DNA of 64,000 bases, from contig NIVC01001830.1 in the NCBI GenBank assembly GCA_002269645.1, forward strand, positions 1-64,000. The letters are read 5' to 3'. Made by a program: the position numbers and the translations under genes. This stretch comes from Macrostomum lignano. Taxonomy: Eukaryota. Below are positions 33,510 to 46,451 of the stretch, in pieces. Every line of letters begins with the position of its first letter. Position 1 is the stretch's first letter. The notes under the pieces were generated by a model, which was not told where the DNA came from, did no database searches, and saw only the letters and a program-made list of their open reading frames with translations.

Positions 33510-35085
33510 AGATAACCATGGTATTAGCATCCAGAGAAGTCCATGGTCGCTTAGCATCTAGAGAAGTCCATAGTCGCTTACGCTTAGCATCCAGAGAAGT
33601 CCATGGTAGCTTAGCATCCAGCTAGAGAAGTCCATGGTAGCTTAGCATCCAGCTAGAGAAGTCCATGGTAGCTTAGCATCCAGCTAGAGAAGTCCATGGT
33701 AGCTTAGCATCCAGCTAGAGAAGTCCATGCTAGCTTAGCATCCAGCTAGAGAAGTCCACGGTAGCTTAGCATCCAGCTAGAGAAGTCCATGGTAGCTTAG
33801 CATCCAGCTAGAGAATTCCATGGTAGCTTAGCATCCAGCTAGAGAAGTCCATGGTAGCTTAGCATCCAGCTCGAGAAGTCCATGGTAGCTTAGCATCCAG
33901 AGAAGTCCATGGTAGCTTAGCATCCAGCTAGAGAAGTCCATGGTAGCTTAGCATCCAGCTAGAGAAGTCCATGCTAGCTTAGCATCCAGCTAGAGAAGTC
34001 CATGGTAGCTTAGCATCCAGCTAGAGAAGTCCATGGTAGCTTAGCATCCAGCTAGAGAAGTCCATGCTAGCTTAGCATCCAGAGAAGTCCATGGTAGCTT
34101 AGCATCCAGCTAGAGAAGTCCATGGTAGCTTAGCATCCAGCTAGAGAAGTCCATGCTAGCTTAGCATCCAGAGAAGTCCATGGTAGCTTAGCATCCAGCT
34201 AGAGAAGTCCATGGTAGCTTAGCATCCAGCTAGAGAAGTCCATGGTAGCTTAGCATCCAGCTAGAGAAGTCCATGGTAGCTTAGCATCCAGCTAGAGAAG
34301 TCCATGGTAGCTTAGCATCCAGAGAAGTCCATGGTAGCTTAGCATCCAGCTAGAGAATTCCATGCTAGCTTAGCATCCAGAGAAGTCCATGGTAGCTTAG
34401 CATCCAGCTAGAGAATTCCATGCTAGCTTAGCATCCAGAGAAGTCCATGGTAGCTTAGCATCCAGCTAGAGAATTCCATGGTAGCTTAGCATCCAGCTAG
34501 AGAAGTCCATGGTAGCTTAGCATCCAGCTCGAGAAGTCCATGGTAGCTTAGCATCCAGCTAGAGAAGTCCATGGTAGCTTAGCATCCAGCTCGAGAAGTC
34601 CATGGTAGCTTAGCATCCAGCTAGAGAAGTCCATGGTAGCTTAGCATCCAGCTAGAGAAGTCCATGCTAGCTTAGCATCCAGCTAGAGAAGTCCATGGTA
34701 GCTTAGCATCCAGCTAGAGAAGTCCATGCTAGCTTAGCATCCAGAGAAGTCCATGGTAGCTTAGCATCCAGCTAGAGAATTCCATGGTAGCTTAGCATCC
34801 AGCTAGAGAAGTCCATGGTAGCTTAGCATCCAGCTAGAGAATTCCATGGTAGCTTAGCATCCAGCTAGAGAAGTCCATGGTAGCTTAGCATCCAGCTAGA
34901 GAAGTCCATGCTAGCTTAGCATCCAGCTAGAGAATTCCATGGTAGCTTAGCATCCAGCTAGAGAATTCCATGGTAGCTTAGCATCCAGCTAGAGAATTCC
35001 ATGCTAGCTTAGCATCCAGAGAAGTCCATGCTAGCTTAGCATCCAGAGAAGTCCATGCTAGCTTAGCATCCAGAGAAGTCCATGG
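33510..35085. repeat. 31-bp minisatellite with 27-bp variants
   Basis: agagaagtccatggtagcttagcatccagct repeated. Confidence 0.95.
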
Positions 35086-35669
35086 TAAAATCACATTCAG
35101 TCAATGCTTCTACATTAGTCTATGGTCAAAACACCGTCTATGGTCTGTGGCCAAGGCACAGACAGAGCACTGAATTAGACATAAAGCAATCAAATTCAGA
35201 CAAGTCATGCCCGCCGTGCAAATGAAGCTGCAGAGTCCACCAGATGAACTCAATCCACAGGATTGGCCTTCCATGGTAACTGCAGAGAATTGCGGAGTTA
35301 AGCGTGGATGTCATCTCGGTTGCCAAAGAGTGCAGACTGGTTTGCTCACTCACTGCGCGCTTCCTGCCTCGCTGCTTGGCATGTGAAAACATCTGACAAT
35401 TTAGTTGCAGTTGCTCAGCAGTAATGTACATTAGCCAGTCCACTGAAATGTACATGGCAGCTTTAGGCTGGAATTCCGAGAAAGGCAATAAAAATTGGGG
35501 TGGGGCGGGGGTAGTGTGGAAAGGCGCGGTTGGAGGAGGGTTTAAGCTGGGGGTAAGAACCTATAAATGGGCCTTGGCTTAAATAATATATTAAAATGCT
35601 TACTACTTACTACTGAACTGAAAGTAGCTTACACGCAAATGTGCTGAGTGGCCCATCTAGTTATTCTAG

Positions 35670-36177
35670 TATTGGTTTTGTCAGCCTAACTGAGAATAAA
35701 GCCATCCAAAGTGAGAATCCTGCCTACGCTGACTGTAAAGGGCCTGGCTGCGTGCAGCCTTAGTCTATGGGCCATAGACTATAAAGGACAAGCAAAGTGA
35801 TAAAAAGCCATCCAATGTGAGAATCCTGCCTACGCTGAATACGAAGGGCCTGGCTGCGTCCAGCCTAGTCTATGAGCCATATGAGTCTAGGATTTTAACT
35901 CTTTACTTTACTGTACTGTATCATCCAGTGTGTTCCTGTTTCCGTTATTCCGTTCAAGCTATTGGCTAGTCATATGGCTCAGAAGGTATAAAAATAAAAG
36001 AATACGACGCATAGACCAATCGATTCTCACATTGGATGGCTTTTTATCACTTTGCTTGTCCTTTATAGTCTATGGCCCATAGACTAAGGCTGCACGCAGC
36101 CAGGCCCTTCGCAGTCAGCGTAGGCAGGATTCTCACTTTGGATGGCTTTATTCTCAGTTAGGCTGACAAAACCAATA
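35670..36177. mobile_element. MITE/fold-back-like element with ~156-bp inverted arms
   Basis: 35670-35825 is the near-perfect reverse complement of 36022-36177; no target-site duplication identified. Confidence 0.6.
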
Positions 36178-37277
36178 TCTGTGGGTACAACTAAATACTT
36201 CAAATAGTCCTTGACCTTGGTTAAAATTCTAAATTCAACTGCTCGATGTCTTCAATTCAATGCATGCACTTTCCATAGTCAGTTTTGGCCATAGACAATT
36301 GGCGAAGGTTATTGGTTGAGCAGCCCTCGTATTTGTGCTGTTTCGGCCCTAGGAAGCATAGACATATTCCTATTGTGTCATACTTCGCGGGCCGCATCAC
36401 TTCATTTCGGCCCGCTCCTATAGATGCAGGGCTAAGCAAAGTATGCAGTTTTCGATATACCATCTTTACCATAGACTATAATCCCGGGCCGAATCGTTGT
36501 TTCTGCCCGACAGACATTTTAACCATAGATAAAATCAACCAGAGTCTGACTACAGTTAAGTAGTGGATATCAGAATTCTTTTCATTCTGAATTAAACTTC
36601 GTTTTTTGTCAACCTGCCGAGCTAGAGACAAATGATCAATCTGTCAAGAATTGCGACTGGAGATATCTCCAGACTTGACACTCTATGGATGAAATCAAGG
36701 CTGTAACAGGTCAGTGTTGTTTTTGTAGTGTGCTAAGTTATAGGTTATAGCATCACTCTAAAGAAACCGATTTTTTGTAGGTCATCGCCACGATGAATCC
36801 GTCAATTGATACACCAAGCGCATCTCTGAGAAGAGAAAGATCCAGGTTTCTCGCAGTCTCACGGAAGCATTGCACTCAGAGTCGAAGATGTCGAAGGTGC
36901 AATGGAGCACCGCCAGACGGAGTACAATGAGCCTGGCCCGTCGCGCAACCCAATAGCTACTCTGGAGAAGGATGGAGCTAAAATTAGCTTCTTCTTGTAA
37001 AAGAGGCAAGCGGTGAATGGAAGCAAGATGTGAACCTGTAACGGACAATGAATTTTGCTAGCAATATATGTGACAATTACATTTAATGGTTATTTGTTAC
37101 AAATTTTAAGTATACGTTAATTACGAGTACATATTTTATACTCAATCGTTCTGGCAAAAGTTTGGCCATAGACTAGCCTCACATATCCTCATTTCGGCCC
37201 GCGATGTGGCCTGTGAAATCTAGACGCAATATGTTCTTGAATTGAATTCTGATATAGTTTCTCAATAAGTTCTTCAG

Positions 37278-39864
37278 AGACAATCAAAAGACGAAGGTTG
37301 GCAAAGAGATGAGCGCCGTTTTCGAGCCGGCTGGCCGTGGCGTCGAGCTGTCCATCAGCTGGCTAAAAAACGATTTCGACGCCCAAGAGCTGATAGCTGC
37401 ATTCCGCTGTGAGGCCTTCATGCCGCTGTTTGATGGCAGCGACTGGCCCGTGACAACGCAGCACCAGACCAAGTTGGAGTCCGCGGAGTTTGCCACTTTC
37501 GACACCAGGTGGAAATTTGAGCACTTTGTCAGGTGAGAACTGGCCCGGTTGTATCTGTTACGACTACAATTTTTTAAATTTCTTTTCAAACTAACTTTAT
37601 TATAAAACTTTAAGAAAACTGTAAGAATATGTTCTCTGAGGCACGAAATATGTTCTCCGAGGCACGAAATATGTTCTCTGAGGCACGAAATATGTTCTCC
37701 GAGGCACGAAATATGTTCTCCGAGGCACGAAATATGTTCTCTGAGGCACGAAATATGTTCTCTGAGGCACGAAATATGTTCTCCGAGGCACGAAATATGT
37801 TCTCTGAGGCACGAAATATGTTCTCCGAGGCACGAAATATGTTCTCCGAGGCACGAAATATGTTCTCTGAGGCACGAAATATGTTCTCCGAGGCACGAAA
37901 TATGTTCTCCGAGGCACGAAATATGTTCTCCGAGGCACGAAATATGTTCTCCGAGGCACGAAATATGTTCTCCGAGGCACGAAATATGTTCTCCGAGGCA
38001 CGAAATATGTTCTCCGAGGCACGAAATATGTTCTCTGAGGCACGAAATATGTTCTCTGAGGCACGAAATATGTTCTCTGAGGCACGAAATATGTTCTCTG
38101 AGGCACGAAATATGCTCTCTGAGGCACGAAATATGTTCTCTGAGGCACGAAATATGTTCTCCGAGGCACGAAATATGTTCTCTGAGGCACGAAATATGTT
38201 CTCTGAGGCACGAAATATGTTCTCTGAGGCACGAAATATGTTCTCTGAGGCACGAAATATGTTCTCTGAGGCACGAAATATGTTCTCTGAGGCACGAAAT
38301 ATGTTCTCTGAGGCACGAAATATGTTCTCTGAGGCACGAAATATGTTCTCTGAGGCACGAAATATGTTCTCTGAGGCACGAAATATGTTCTCTGAGGCAC
38401 GAAATATGTTCTCTGAGGCACGAAATATGTTCTCTGAGGCACGAAATATGTTCTCTGAGGCTCCAGAAAAAACCAATATTTTGAATCCAGCCCTGGCCCT
38501 ACCTCAGCCCTAGTTCTAACCCTAACCCTAGCCCTAGCCCTAGCCCTAGCCATAGCCCTAGCCCTAGCCCTAACCATAGCTTTAACCCTAACCATAGCCC
38601 TAGCCCTAGCCCTAGGCCTAATCCTAACCCTGGTCATAGCCCTAATCATAACCCCAGCCCAAGGCCTAACCCTAACCCAAACCATAGCCCTAGTACTGGC
38701 CCTAACCTTAGCCCTAACCATAGCCCTAGCCTTAGCCCTAACTCCAATGCTAAACCCTGCTTTACTCAACTAACTCAGAGGGGTTTATGTCGGCCGGACC
38801 CAAGTGGGCAATGACTGGCGCATCGGCACAGTGTTCCACGACAGAGGCGACCTGCTGAGGGAGCTCGTGGATCGCAAGGATTTAAAGCGTTTTAGTGTGC
38901 CTCCAATGCTGCTAATGGGAACAGAAGGCAGAATACTAAAAGACAGTTACGAGGCGAGTTGTTATGCGCTGATTTTAATGTACTTTTCTTACTTTTAAGT
39001 CTAAGTTCGAGACAAACAACTATTCATGGGTGACACAAACGCCTTTAGCACCTGGATGAGGCACTTGGGACTGGGGACACACAGGGGCGAGAAACTTCGT
39101 AAGACATCTGTGCACATGGAAAGACACCTGTAGAGACACCTGAAGAGCTACCCTTTAAGACACTTTTTATAGACACCTGTAGAGATACCCGTTAAGACAC
39201 CTGTATAAACACCTGTATAGACACTTGTAGAGACACCTGTAGAGTCACCTGTAAAGATACCTGTCAAGACACCTGTATAGACACCTGTATAGACACCTGT
39301 ATAGACACTTGTAGAGACACCTGTAGAGTCACCTGTAAAGATACCTGTCAAGACACCTGTATAGACACCTGTATAGACACTTGTAGAGACACCTGTAGAG
39401 TCACCTGTAAAGATACCTGTTAAGACACCTGTAGAGACACCTTTAGAGACACCTGTAGAGACACCTGTAGAGAGAAACCTGTAGAAATTCCAGGGGCCGA
39501 CACCCTCGAAGGCAATATGAATTCTAAAGTAGCCATTGTACTTTTGTTGCCCCCCCAGCAGATTCTACGCCGCACTTCAATCGGCAGTTTCCTTGGCCAG
39601 CCGGTGCGCTGGCAGCCGTGGCGCGGCTGCTCCGAGGCTCCGCCAAACGCGCTGATCAGCGGCTGCGAGTCCGACAGGCCGCTGTACACCGCCAGGACCA
39701 TCTTGAACGGCCATCCGCTAGCTGGGGAGTTCGCACCGCACAGAGGCACTGCTCAGTTTGTTAGCAAACAGCTGACCGGATACCAGTGCAGCAGCGGCTT
39801 CGAGGTGCTGGTGTTTGCTGAACAATCTGTGCACCCGGATATTGCCAAGGTGTTCCGCGTTTGA
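37278..39864 (+). CDS. Probable DM9-repeat (DUF3421-like) protein; exons ~37278-37532, from ~38779, and 39562-39864
   Basis: VYVGRTQVGNDWRIGTV and WQPWRGCSEAPPNALISGCESDRPLYTARTILNGHPLAGEF...FEVLV resemble DM9 repeats; GTGAG donor at 37533 and CAG acceptors. Confidence 0.5.
37625..38462. repeat. 21-bp minisatellite, about 40 copies (intronic)
   Basis: gaggcacgaaatatgttctc(t/c) repeated. Confidence 0.95.
38485..38760. repeat. Degenerate telomere-like hexamer array (CCCTAA/CCCTAG/CCATAG)
   Basis: Direct reading. Confidence 0.75.
39120..39490. repeat. gacacctgta(g/t)a 12-bp-based minisatellite
   Basis: Direct reading. Confidence 0.85.
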
Positions 39865-39959
39865 CAGGCTCGATTCTGTTCACAGGGGGCGTAGCCAGAC
39901 AATTGCCTAGTTGTCTGGCAATCAGCTCTTATTGCTCTTGCAGCCAGATTGGGTGCCTG

Positions 39960-42815
39960 GGTGGAGGGGAAGTGGAGAAAGGAGAGAAGGAAAAGGAGAG
40001 AGGAGAGAGGCAGCCTAATCCCGCCAGAAAGAGGAGAGAGTAGAGAGGATAGAATATAGAGGAGAGAGGGGAGAGGAGAGAGGCAGTCTAACCCCACCAG
40101 CAAGAGGAGAGGGGAGAGGGGAGAGAGGGGAGGGAGAGAGGGGAGGGGAGAGAGGGGAGGAGAGAGAGGGGAGGGGAGAGAGGGGAGAGGAGAGAGGAGA
40201 AGGGAGAGAGGAGAGACGAGAGAGGGGAGAGGAGAAAGGAGAGGGGAGAGAGGGGAGGGGAGAGAGGGGAGGGGAGAGAGGAGAGACGAGAGAGGGGAGA
40301 AGAGAGAGGAGAGGGGAGAGAGGGGAGGGGAGAGAGGAGAGAGGAGAGAGGAGAGAGGAGAGAGGGGAGAGGAGAGAGGGGAGAGGAGAGAGGAGAGGGG
40401 AGAGAGGAGAGAGGGGAGAGGAGAGAGGAGAGGGGAGAGAGGGGAGGGGAGAGAGGGGAGGAGAGAGAGGGGAGGGGAGAGAGGGGAGAGGAGAGAGGAG
40501 AAGGGAGAGAGGAGAGACGAGAGAGGGGAGAGGAGAAAGGAGAGGGGAGAGAGGGGAGGGGAGAGAGGGGAGGGGAGAGAGGAGAGACGAGAGAGGGGAG
40601 AAGAGAGAGGAGAGGGGAGAGAGGGGAGGGGAGAGAGGAGAGAGGAGAGAGGAGAGAGGAGAGAGGGGAGAGGAAAGAGTGGAAAGGAGAGGGGAGAGAG
40701 GGGAGGGGAGAGAGGGGAGGGAGAGAGGGGAGAGGAGAGAGGAGAGAGGGGAGAGGAGAGAGGCAGTCTAACCCCACCAGCAAGAGGAGAGGGGAGAGGG
40801 GAGAGAGGGGAGGGAGAGAGGGGAGGGAGAGAGGGAGGAGAGAGAGGGGAGGGAGAGAGGGGAGGAGAGAGAGGGGAGGGGAGAGAGGGAGAGGAGAGAG
40901 GGGAGGAGAGAGAGGGGAGGGGAGAAAGGGAGAGGAGAGAAGAGAGAGGAGAGAGGAGAGGGGAGAGAGGAGAGAGGAGAGAGGAGAGAGGAGAGAGGAG
41001 AGGGGAGAGAGGGGAGGGGAGAGAGGGGAGGGGAGAGAGGGGAGAGGAGAGAGGAGAGAGGGGAGAGGAGAGAGGAGAGGGGAGAGAGGAGAGACGAGAG
41101 AGGGGAGAGGAGAAAGGAGAGGGGAGAGAGGGGAGGGGAGAGAGGGGAGAGGAGAGAGGAGAGAGGGGAGAGGAGAGACGAGAGAGGGGAGAAGAGAGAG
41201 GAGAGGGGAGAGAGGGAGGGAGAGAGGAGAGAGGAGAGAGGAGAGAGGGGAGAGGAAAGAGTGGAAAGGAGAGGGGAGAGAGGGGAGGGGAGAGAGGGGA
41301 GGGGAGAGAGGAGAGAGGAGAGAGGAGAGAGGAGAGAGGGAGAGGGGAGAGAGGGAGAGGGGAGGGGAGAGAGGGGAGAGGAGAGAGGGAGAGGAGAGAG
41401 GGGAGAGGAGAGAGGAGAGAGGAGAGAGGGGAGGGAGAGAGGGGAGAGGGAGGGGAGAGAGGGGAGAGGAGAGAGGGGAGAGGAGAGAGGAGAGAGGGGA
41501 GAGGAAAGAGTGGAAAGGAGAGGGGAGAGAGGGGAGGGGAGAGAGGGGAGGGGAGAGAGGGGAGAGGAGAGAGGAGAGAGGGAGAGGAGAGAGGCAGTCT
41601 AACCCCACCAGCAAGAGGAGAGGGGAGAGGGGAGAGAGGGAGGGGAGAGAGGGGAGGGAGAGAGGGGAGGAGAGAGAGGGGAGGGAGAGAGGGGGAGAGA
41701 GAGGGGAGGGGAGAGGGGAGAGGAGAGAGGGGAGGAGAGAGAGGGGAGGGGAGAGAAGGGAGAGGAGAGAAGAGAGAGGAGAGAGGAGAGGGGAGAGAGG
41801 AGAGAGGAGAGAGGAGAGAGGAGAGAGGAGAGGGGAGAGAGGGGAGGGGAGAGAGGGGAGGGGAGAGAGGGGAGAGGAGAGAGGAGAGAGGGGAGAGGAG
41901 AGAGGAGAGGGGAGAGAGGAGAGACGAGAGAGGGGAGAGGAGAAAGGAGAGGGGAGAGAGGGGAGGGGAGAGGGGAGAGGAGAGAGGAGAGAGGGGAGAG
42001 GAGAGACGAGAGAGGGAGAAGAGAGAGGAGAGGGGAGAGAGGGGAGGGAGAGAGGAGAGAGGAGAGAGGAGAGAGGGGAGAGGAAAGAGTGGAAAGGAGA
42101 GGGGAGAGAGGGGAGGGGAGAGAGGGGAGGGGAGAGAGGAGAGAGGAGAGAGGAGAGAGGAGAGAGGGGAGGGGAGAGAGGGGAGAGGGGAGGGGAGAGA
42201 GGGGAGAGGAGAGAGGGGAGGGGAGAGAGGGGAGAGGAGAGAGGGGAGAGGAGAGAGGAGAGAGGAGAGAGGGGAGGGAGAGAGGGGAGAGGGGAGGGGA
42301 GAGAGGGGAGAGGAGAGAGGGGAGAGGAGAGAGGAGAGGGGAGAGAGGGAGAGGAGAGAGGGGAGAGGAGAGAGGGAGGGAAGAGAGGGGAGGGGAGAGA
42401 GTGGAGAGGAGAGAGAGGAGAGGAAAGAGTGGAAAGGAGAGAGGAGAGAGGAGAGAGGAGAGAGGGGAGGGGAGAGAGGGGAGAGGAGAGAGGGGAGAGG
42501 GGAGAGGAGAGAGGGGAGAGAGTGGAAAGGAGAGAGGAGAGAGGGGAGAGGAGAGAGGGGAGAGGAGAGAGGGGAGGGAAGAGAGGGGAGGGGAGAGAGT
42601 GGAGAGGAGAGAGGGGAGAGAGTGGAAAGGAGAGAGGAGAGAGGGGAGAGGAGAGAGGGGAGAGGAGAGAGGGGAGGGAAGAGAGGGGAGGGGAGAGAGT
42701 GGAGAGGAGAGAGGGGAGAGAGTGGAAAGGAGAGAGGAGAGAGGGGAGAGGAGAGAGGGGAGAGGAGAGAGGGGAGGGAAGAGAGGGGAGGGGAGAGAGT
42801 GGAGAGGAGAGAGAG
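39960..42815. repeat. Homopurine (G/A) low-complexity tract with higher-order units
   Basis: Nearly pure G/A on the + strand; gcagtctaaccccaccagcaag recurs near 40083, 40763 and 41594. Confidence 0.9.
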
Positions 42816-43035
42816 GATAGTCTATCAGTTAAATTCTTAATATTGTTATTGTTATCCCGAAGTGTTAAATGTTGTTATCATGATAATTGCCAGTGAATAG
42901 CCGTGGAAAAAGAATAAAACACAAATTGAATTTACCAATAGCAAAAAAAGCCCTCTTTAGTGCCAATGACTTTTTAATTTGAAATAAAAAATAATGATTT
43001 GCTCTAATAGCCATTTAGTGGGGCAGATTGAGAGT

Positions 43036-46000
43036 CACGGTTAGGCTGGGCACTGATATTGAGGAAAAAACTGCCACAAGACGGCACCTATGTGCCATTA
43101 AACTACTGCCTTTCTGTAGTTTGGAAAGCCCACTCATTAAAATTCATGTGCCTATCTTTGCTGTGTATGGCACTATATGTTTCGGTACACTTTAAAACAA
43201 AATATTTTATTGCTCTAATAGAATTTTTGCTAATCAGATGATAATTATGAATAGACCACAAAGGACTTTGGGAGTAAATATTGCCCCATATCTGCTTGAG
43301 CAATAAAACGCTGCACCACAGGTAGCTTATGCCTTATAATTGCAGTCATAAAGAGGAATTTATCAATAGTAATAACACAGTAGTATCTTATCTATAATTG
43401 CTTTGTAATATTTCTGCCAGGTGCGTTAACTTGGTTATCATACTGCTCAATTTACTTATAAAGGTTTGATCTAGTTCTATTTGATCTAAAACAAGCGAGT
43501 GCCTGAACTGAAAGAGTTGTTTGCATAGCTTGTACTGTCTACAATGCCAACGACAAAAAAAACTCATAACGAGAACAGGCAAAGTTTGTGCCTGCTCTGC
43601 TTGAGACGAGCTTCTGCGCTGATTTCTTCTTGCTCTAATTTCGAATCCGTGGCAGCCGACTTGTTCCAGGACTACGAGGCAGTGCGGCACTTTCTACCTG
43701 AAGGAGTTTGCCAGGGCTGCAGGCGCGTTTTATCGTCACTAAGAAGTCTGACGCCTCGTGCTCTGCCACCGCGACCAGATTACGAGAAGATAATAGCCGA
43801 CATGAAGAGTCTGCCTCCAGCCACCAGAAGCAGACCGGATTGCAACTGCCAACTGTGCGAAATGGCTCGTGGCAATCACCACAAAGGCAGCGATCCAAAG
43901 ACGCCTTACACAACAGGTCCTGCTCGAGCCCCACCTGGTCGACCACGCGAAAGATCCCCAGCACCAGCTGAAGGAGCAACGGCTGTGCTTTCCTGCTCAT
44001 ACTGTCATTCTCCAGTTGGGCGTGGCAAACAGCACAAATGCAACTCGACAGCTAAGGTGACTAACATTGAGCAAACAGTCAGCCCAAGGACAAGGGAGAT
44101 GCTGGCCAGCAACTGCATTGCCGAAAAGACGGGTGGGTCGACGGCGGATTCGAATTCGATCACTCTGGCCAGACATCGAGGCGGCCATCCGATTCGAGTT
44201 GCTGTGCATGTTGCTCAAAACAGCAGTGCGAGCTTTCCTCCAACGAGGACGGACACTATGATGCACTTGAAAACAACTCTGAATCTGAGCAACAATCAAG
44301 TGCTACAGGCTGCTCAAGTGCTTCGTGCTGGCGCGAGCTCATCTCGTGCAGTCGAGTCAAACTTGAAGAAAATTTTGGTACAGCAAAATCGAGCATTAGA
44401 GGATTACTTCGACATCCAGAATCTCCAGTTCTCGGAGCTGACCTCGACTGCCGCAACAGCCGACACTATTTGCCGCCCGACTGTTGTCTGCAACGACTCG
44501 GTCAAACTCATTGCACATGTTGCTCAGCAACGCAGTTTCAATGATTTTCACTGTCTGCTGGGTCTCGATGGTGGCGGCGGATTTTTTAAAGTTTGCGTTT
44601 CGATAATTGGCTCTAACGCAAAACCCGAAATCGGAACTCGAGGAGCCAACAGCAGGAAATTCTGTGACACGGGTGTCAAGAAGATCCTGTTGCTTGCGAT
44701 CGTCAACGACGTTCCTGAGACTTACGGAAATATTCAGGCTCTGCTAGAGGCGATCGCTGTCAACGAACTTCAAATCCCAGTCACTGCAGATATGAAAGTT
44801 GCAAACATCATCTGCGGACTGCAACCTCATTCCTGTACACATCCGTGCCCCTATTGCGAAGCTCTGGCTCCTCTTACAGAAAATGGTGTGCCAAGAACTC
44901 TTGGGAGAATTCGGCAGTTTGCTCAGCAGTTTCAAGCAGCTGGCCAAGTTCGTGCAAAGGCAAAGAACTTTAAAAACTGTGTCAACATGCCACTGCTACC
45001 AGGCGATGATGACAAAGAAGTTTTGATGCTTCTGCCGCCACCTGAGCTGCACCTGCTCCTTGGAGTCAGCAACCGACTGCTGGACAAGCTCAACGAAGCT
45101 TGGGGTGCGAATCGCGCGTTCGAGTGGGCTCATCAGCATGGCATTATTCGAGCTGATTACAGAGGTGGCATGATGGAAGGAAACGCCTGCCGCCAGCTGC
45201 TCCGCAAATCACCGCAGCTTCACGCTGATCTGCCTCCACCATTACAGCCGTACGGGGCGTGTCTGATGGCGTTCGATCGGCTGGTCAGCAGCGCCTTTGG
45301 AACCGAATTGGCGGCAGACTTTGAAGAGGCAATTGAGAATTTTCGACTGGCCTACATGAGCTTAAGCTTACCTGTCACCCCAAAAGTTCACGTTGTCTTT
45401 TGCCATGTTGGAGAGTTCTGCCGGCGGACAGGGCAAGCGCTTGGCAGCTGCAGCGAGCAAGCAGTGGAGAGTGTTCACTCTGATTTTGCCAAAACGTGGT
45501 CACGGTACAGCCTGCCAGCGCACCATGCTGAGTTTGGCCAAAATCTTTTGCGCGCCGTGGTTGCTTACAACAGCCACCACATTTAATCCCGGTAACTCGG
45601 TTTTCTGCTTTACTGGTAAAAGAAATGGCAGTGGTTGTTAGTCTTACAGTAAAGTAGTATTCAAAGGACCCTATAAATTTAAAATACTAAAATTTTTGCA
45701 AGCTCCCGTACTGTAGAAAGCTTTCATACTTTTGCTACTTTATATGCTAATACGAGCGTACCTTGCAATATTATTGCAGAAATGCATGTAGTTCTGGTTA
45801 ATATTTGAGGAACTTGCTACACAAAAAGAATATAGTTATTTCGAAATTTTTCTATAAAACCCATGCTGTTTCTGAGTATTTAAATGTAAACAATTTGTAA
45901 TGTTAGAAATCGTAAAATTATTTAACTTACTAACTTACAAGCTAGTTAACAAGTAAAACAAGCAATAATACTACACAAACATTAACCTAAATAAACTTCT

Positions 46001-46242
46001 TGTAATCTTGTACTCTTTTTTGTACAAGTATACATTAAGTCTGTCACTTGCTAAAAATTTCTGCTTGTCTTATTAACGAGAGCAATTAATGAGAGCAATT
46101 GTACACAGATTGTACACAAAGATAGGCACATGAATTTTAATGAGTGGGCTTTCTGAACTACAGAAAGGCAGTTAGTTTAATGGTACATAGGTGCCATCTT
46201 GTGGCAATTTTTTCCCCAATATCAGTGCCCAGCCTAACCGTG
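43036..46242 (+). mobile_element. Chapaev-type (CMC) DNA transposon, full length
   Basis: CACGGTTAGGCTGGG...CCCAGCCTAACCGTG termini; ~125-bp imperfect TIRs; 4-bp TSD GAGT at 43032-43035 and 46243-46246; a single transposase ORF. Confidence 0.88.
43544..45586 (+). CDS. Chapaev-like transposase (680 aa)
   Basis: N-terminal H-x7-C-x2-C...P-x3-C-x2-C zinc motif; LGLDGGGGFFKV, ADMK...CPYC, PELHLLLG, TPKVH..H and SEQAVESVH (RAG1/Transib/Chapaev-like catalytic layout). Confidence 0.85.
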   Translation: MPTTKKTHNENRQSLCLLCLRRASALISSCSNFESVAADLFQDYEAVRHFLPEGVCQGCRRVLSSLRSLTPRALPPRPDYEKIIADMKSLPPATRSRPDCNCQLCEMARGNHHKGSDPKTPYTTGPARAPPGRPRERSPAPAEGATAVLSCSYCHSPVGRGKQHKCNSTAKVTNIEQTVSPRTREMLASNCIAEKTGGSTADSNSITLARHRGGHPIRVAVHVAQNSSASFPPTRTDTMMHLKTTLNLSNNQVLQAAQVLRAGASSSRAVESNLKKILVQQNRALEDYFDIQNLQFSELTSTAATADTICRPTVVCNDSVKLIAHVAQQRSFNDFHCLLGLDGGGGFFKVCVSIIGSNAKPEIGTRGANSRKFCDTGVKKILLLAIVNDVPETYGNIQALLEAIAVNELQIPVTADMKVANIICGLQPHSCTHPCPYCEALAPLTENGVPRTLGRIRQFAQQFQAAGQVRAKAKNFKNCVNMPLLPGDDDKEVLMLLPPPELHLLLGVSNRLLDKLNEAWGANRAFEWAHQHGIIRADYRGGMMEGNACRQLLRKSPQLHADLPPPLQPYGACLMAFDRLVSSAFGTELAADFEEAIENFRLAYMSLSLPVTPKVHVVFCHVGEFCRRTGQALGSCSEQAVESVHSDFAKTWSRYSLPAHHAEFGQNLLRAVVAYNSHHI

Positions 46243-46451
46243 GAGTGTATTAAGTAACTAAGGCCCAGCCAAGCACTTTTTTCGGGATAAAAATATGAGG
46301 GAAGTAACTGAAAAGAGGAATACATCCTATGAATTATAAATAGGAGCATAATATGACACACTTCTGATCCAATAAAATAAAATACAAAGTTAATTTTCAA
46401 GCCTTTTGGCCTTATATACCTGTACTTACATGGTGAGATGTTTTAATTTTA

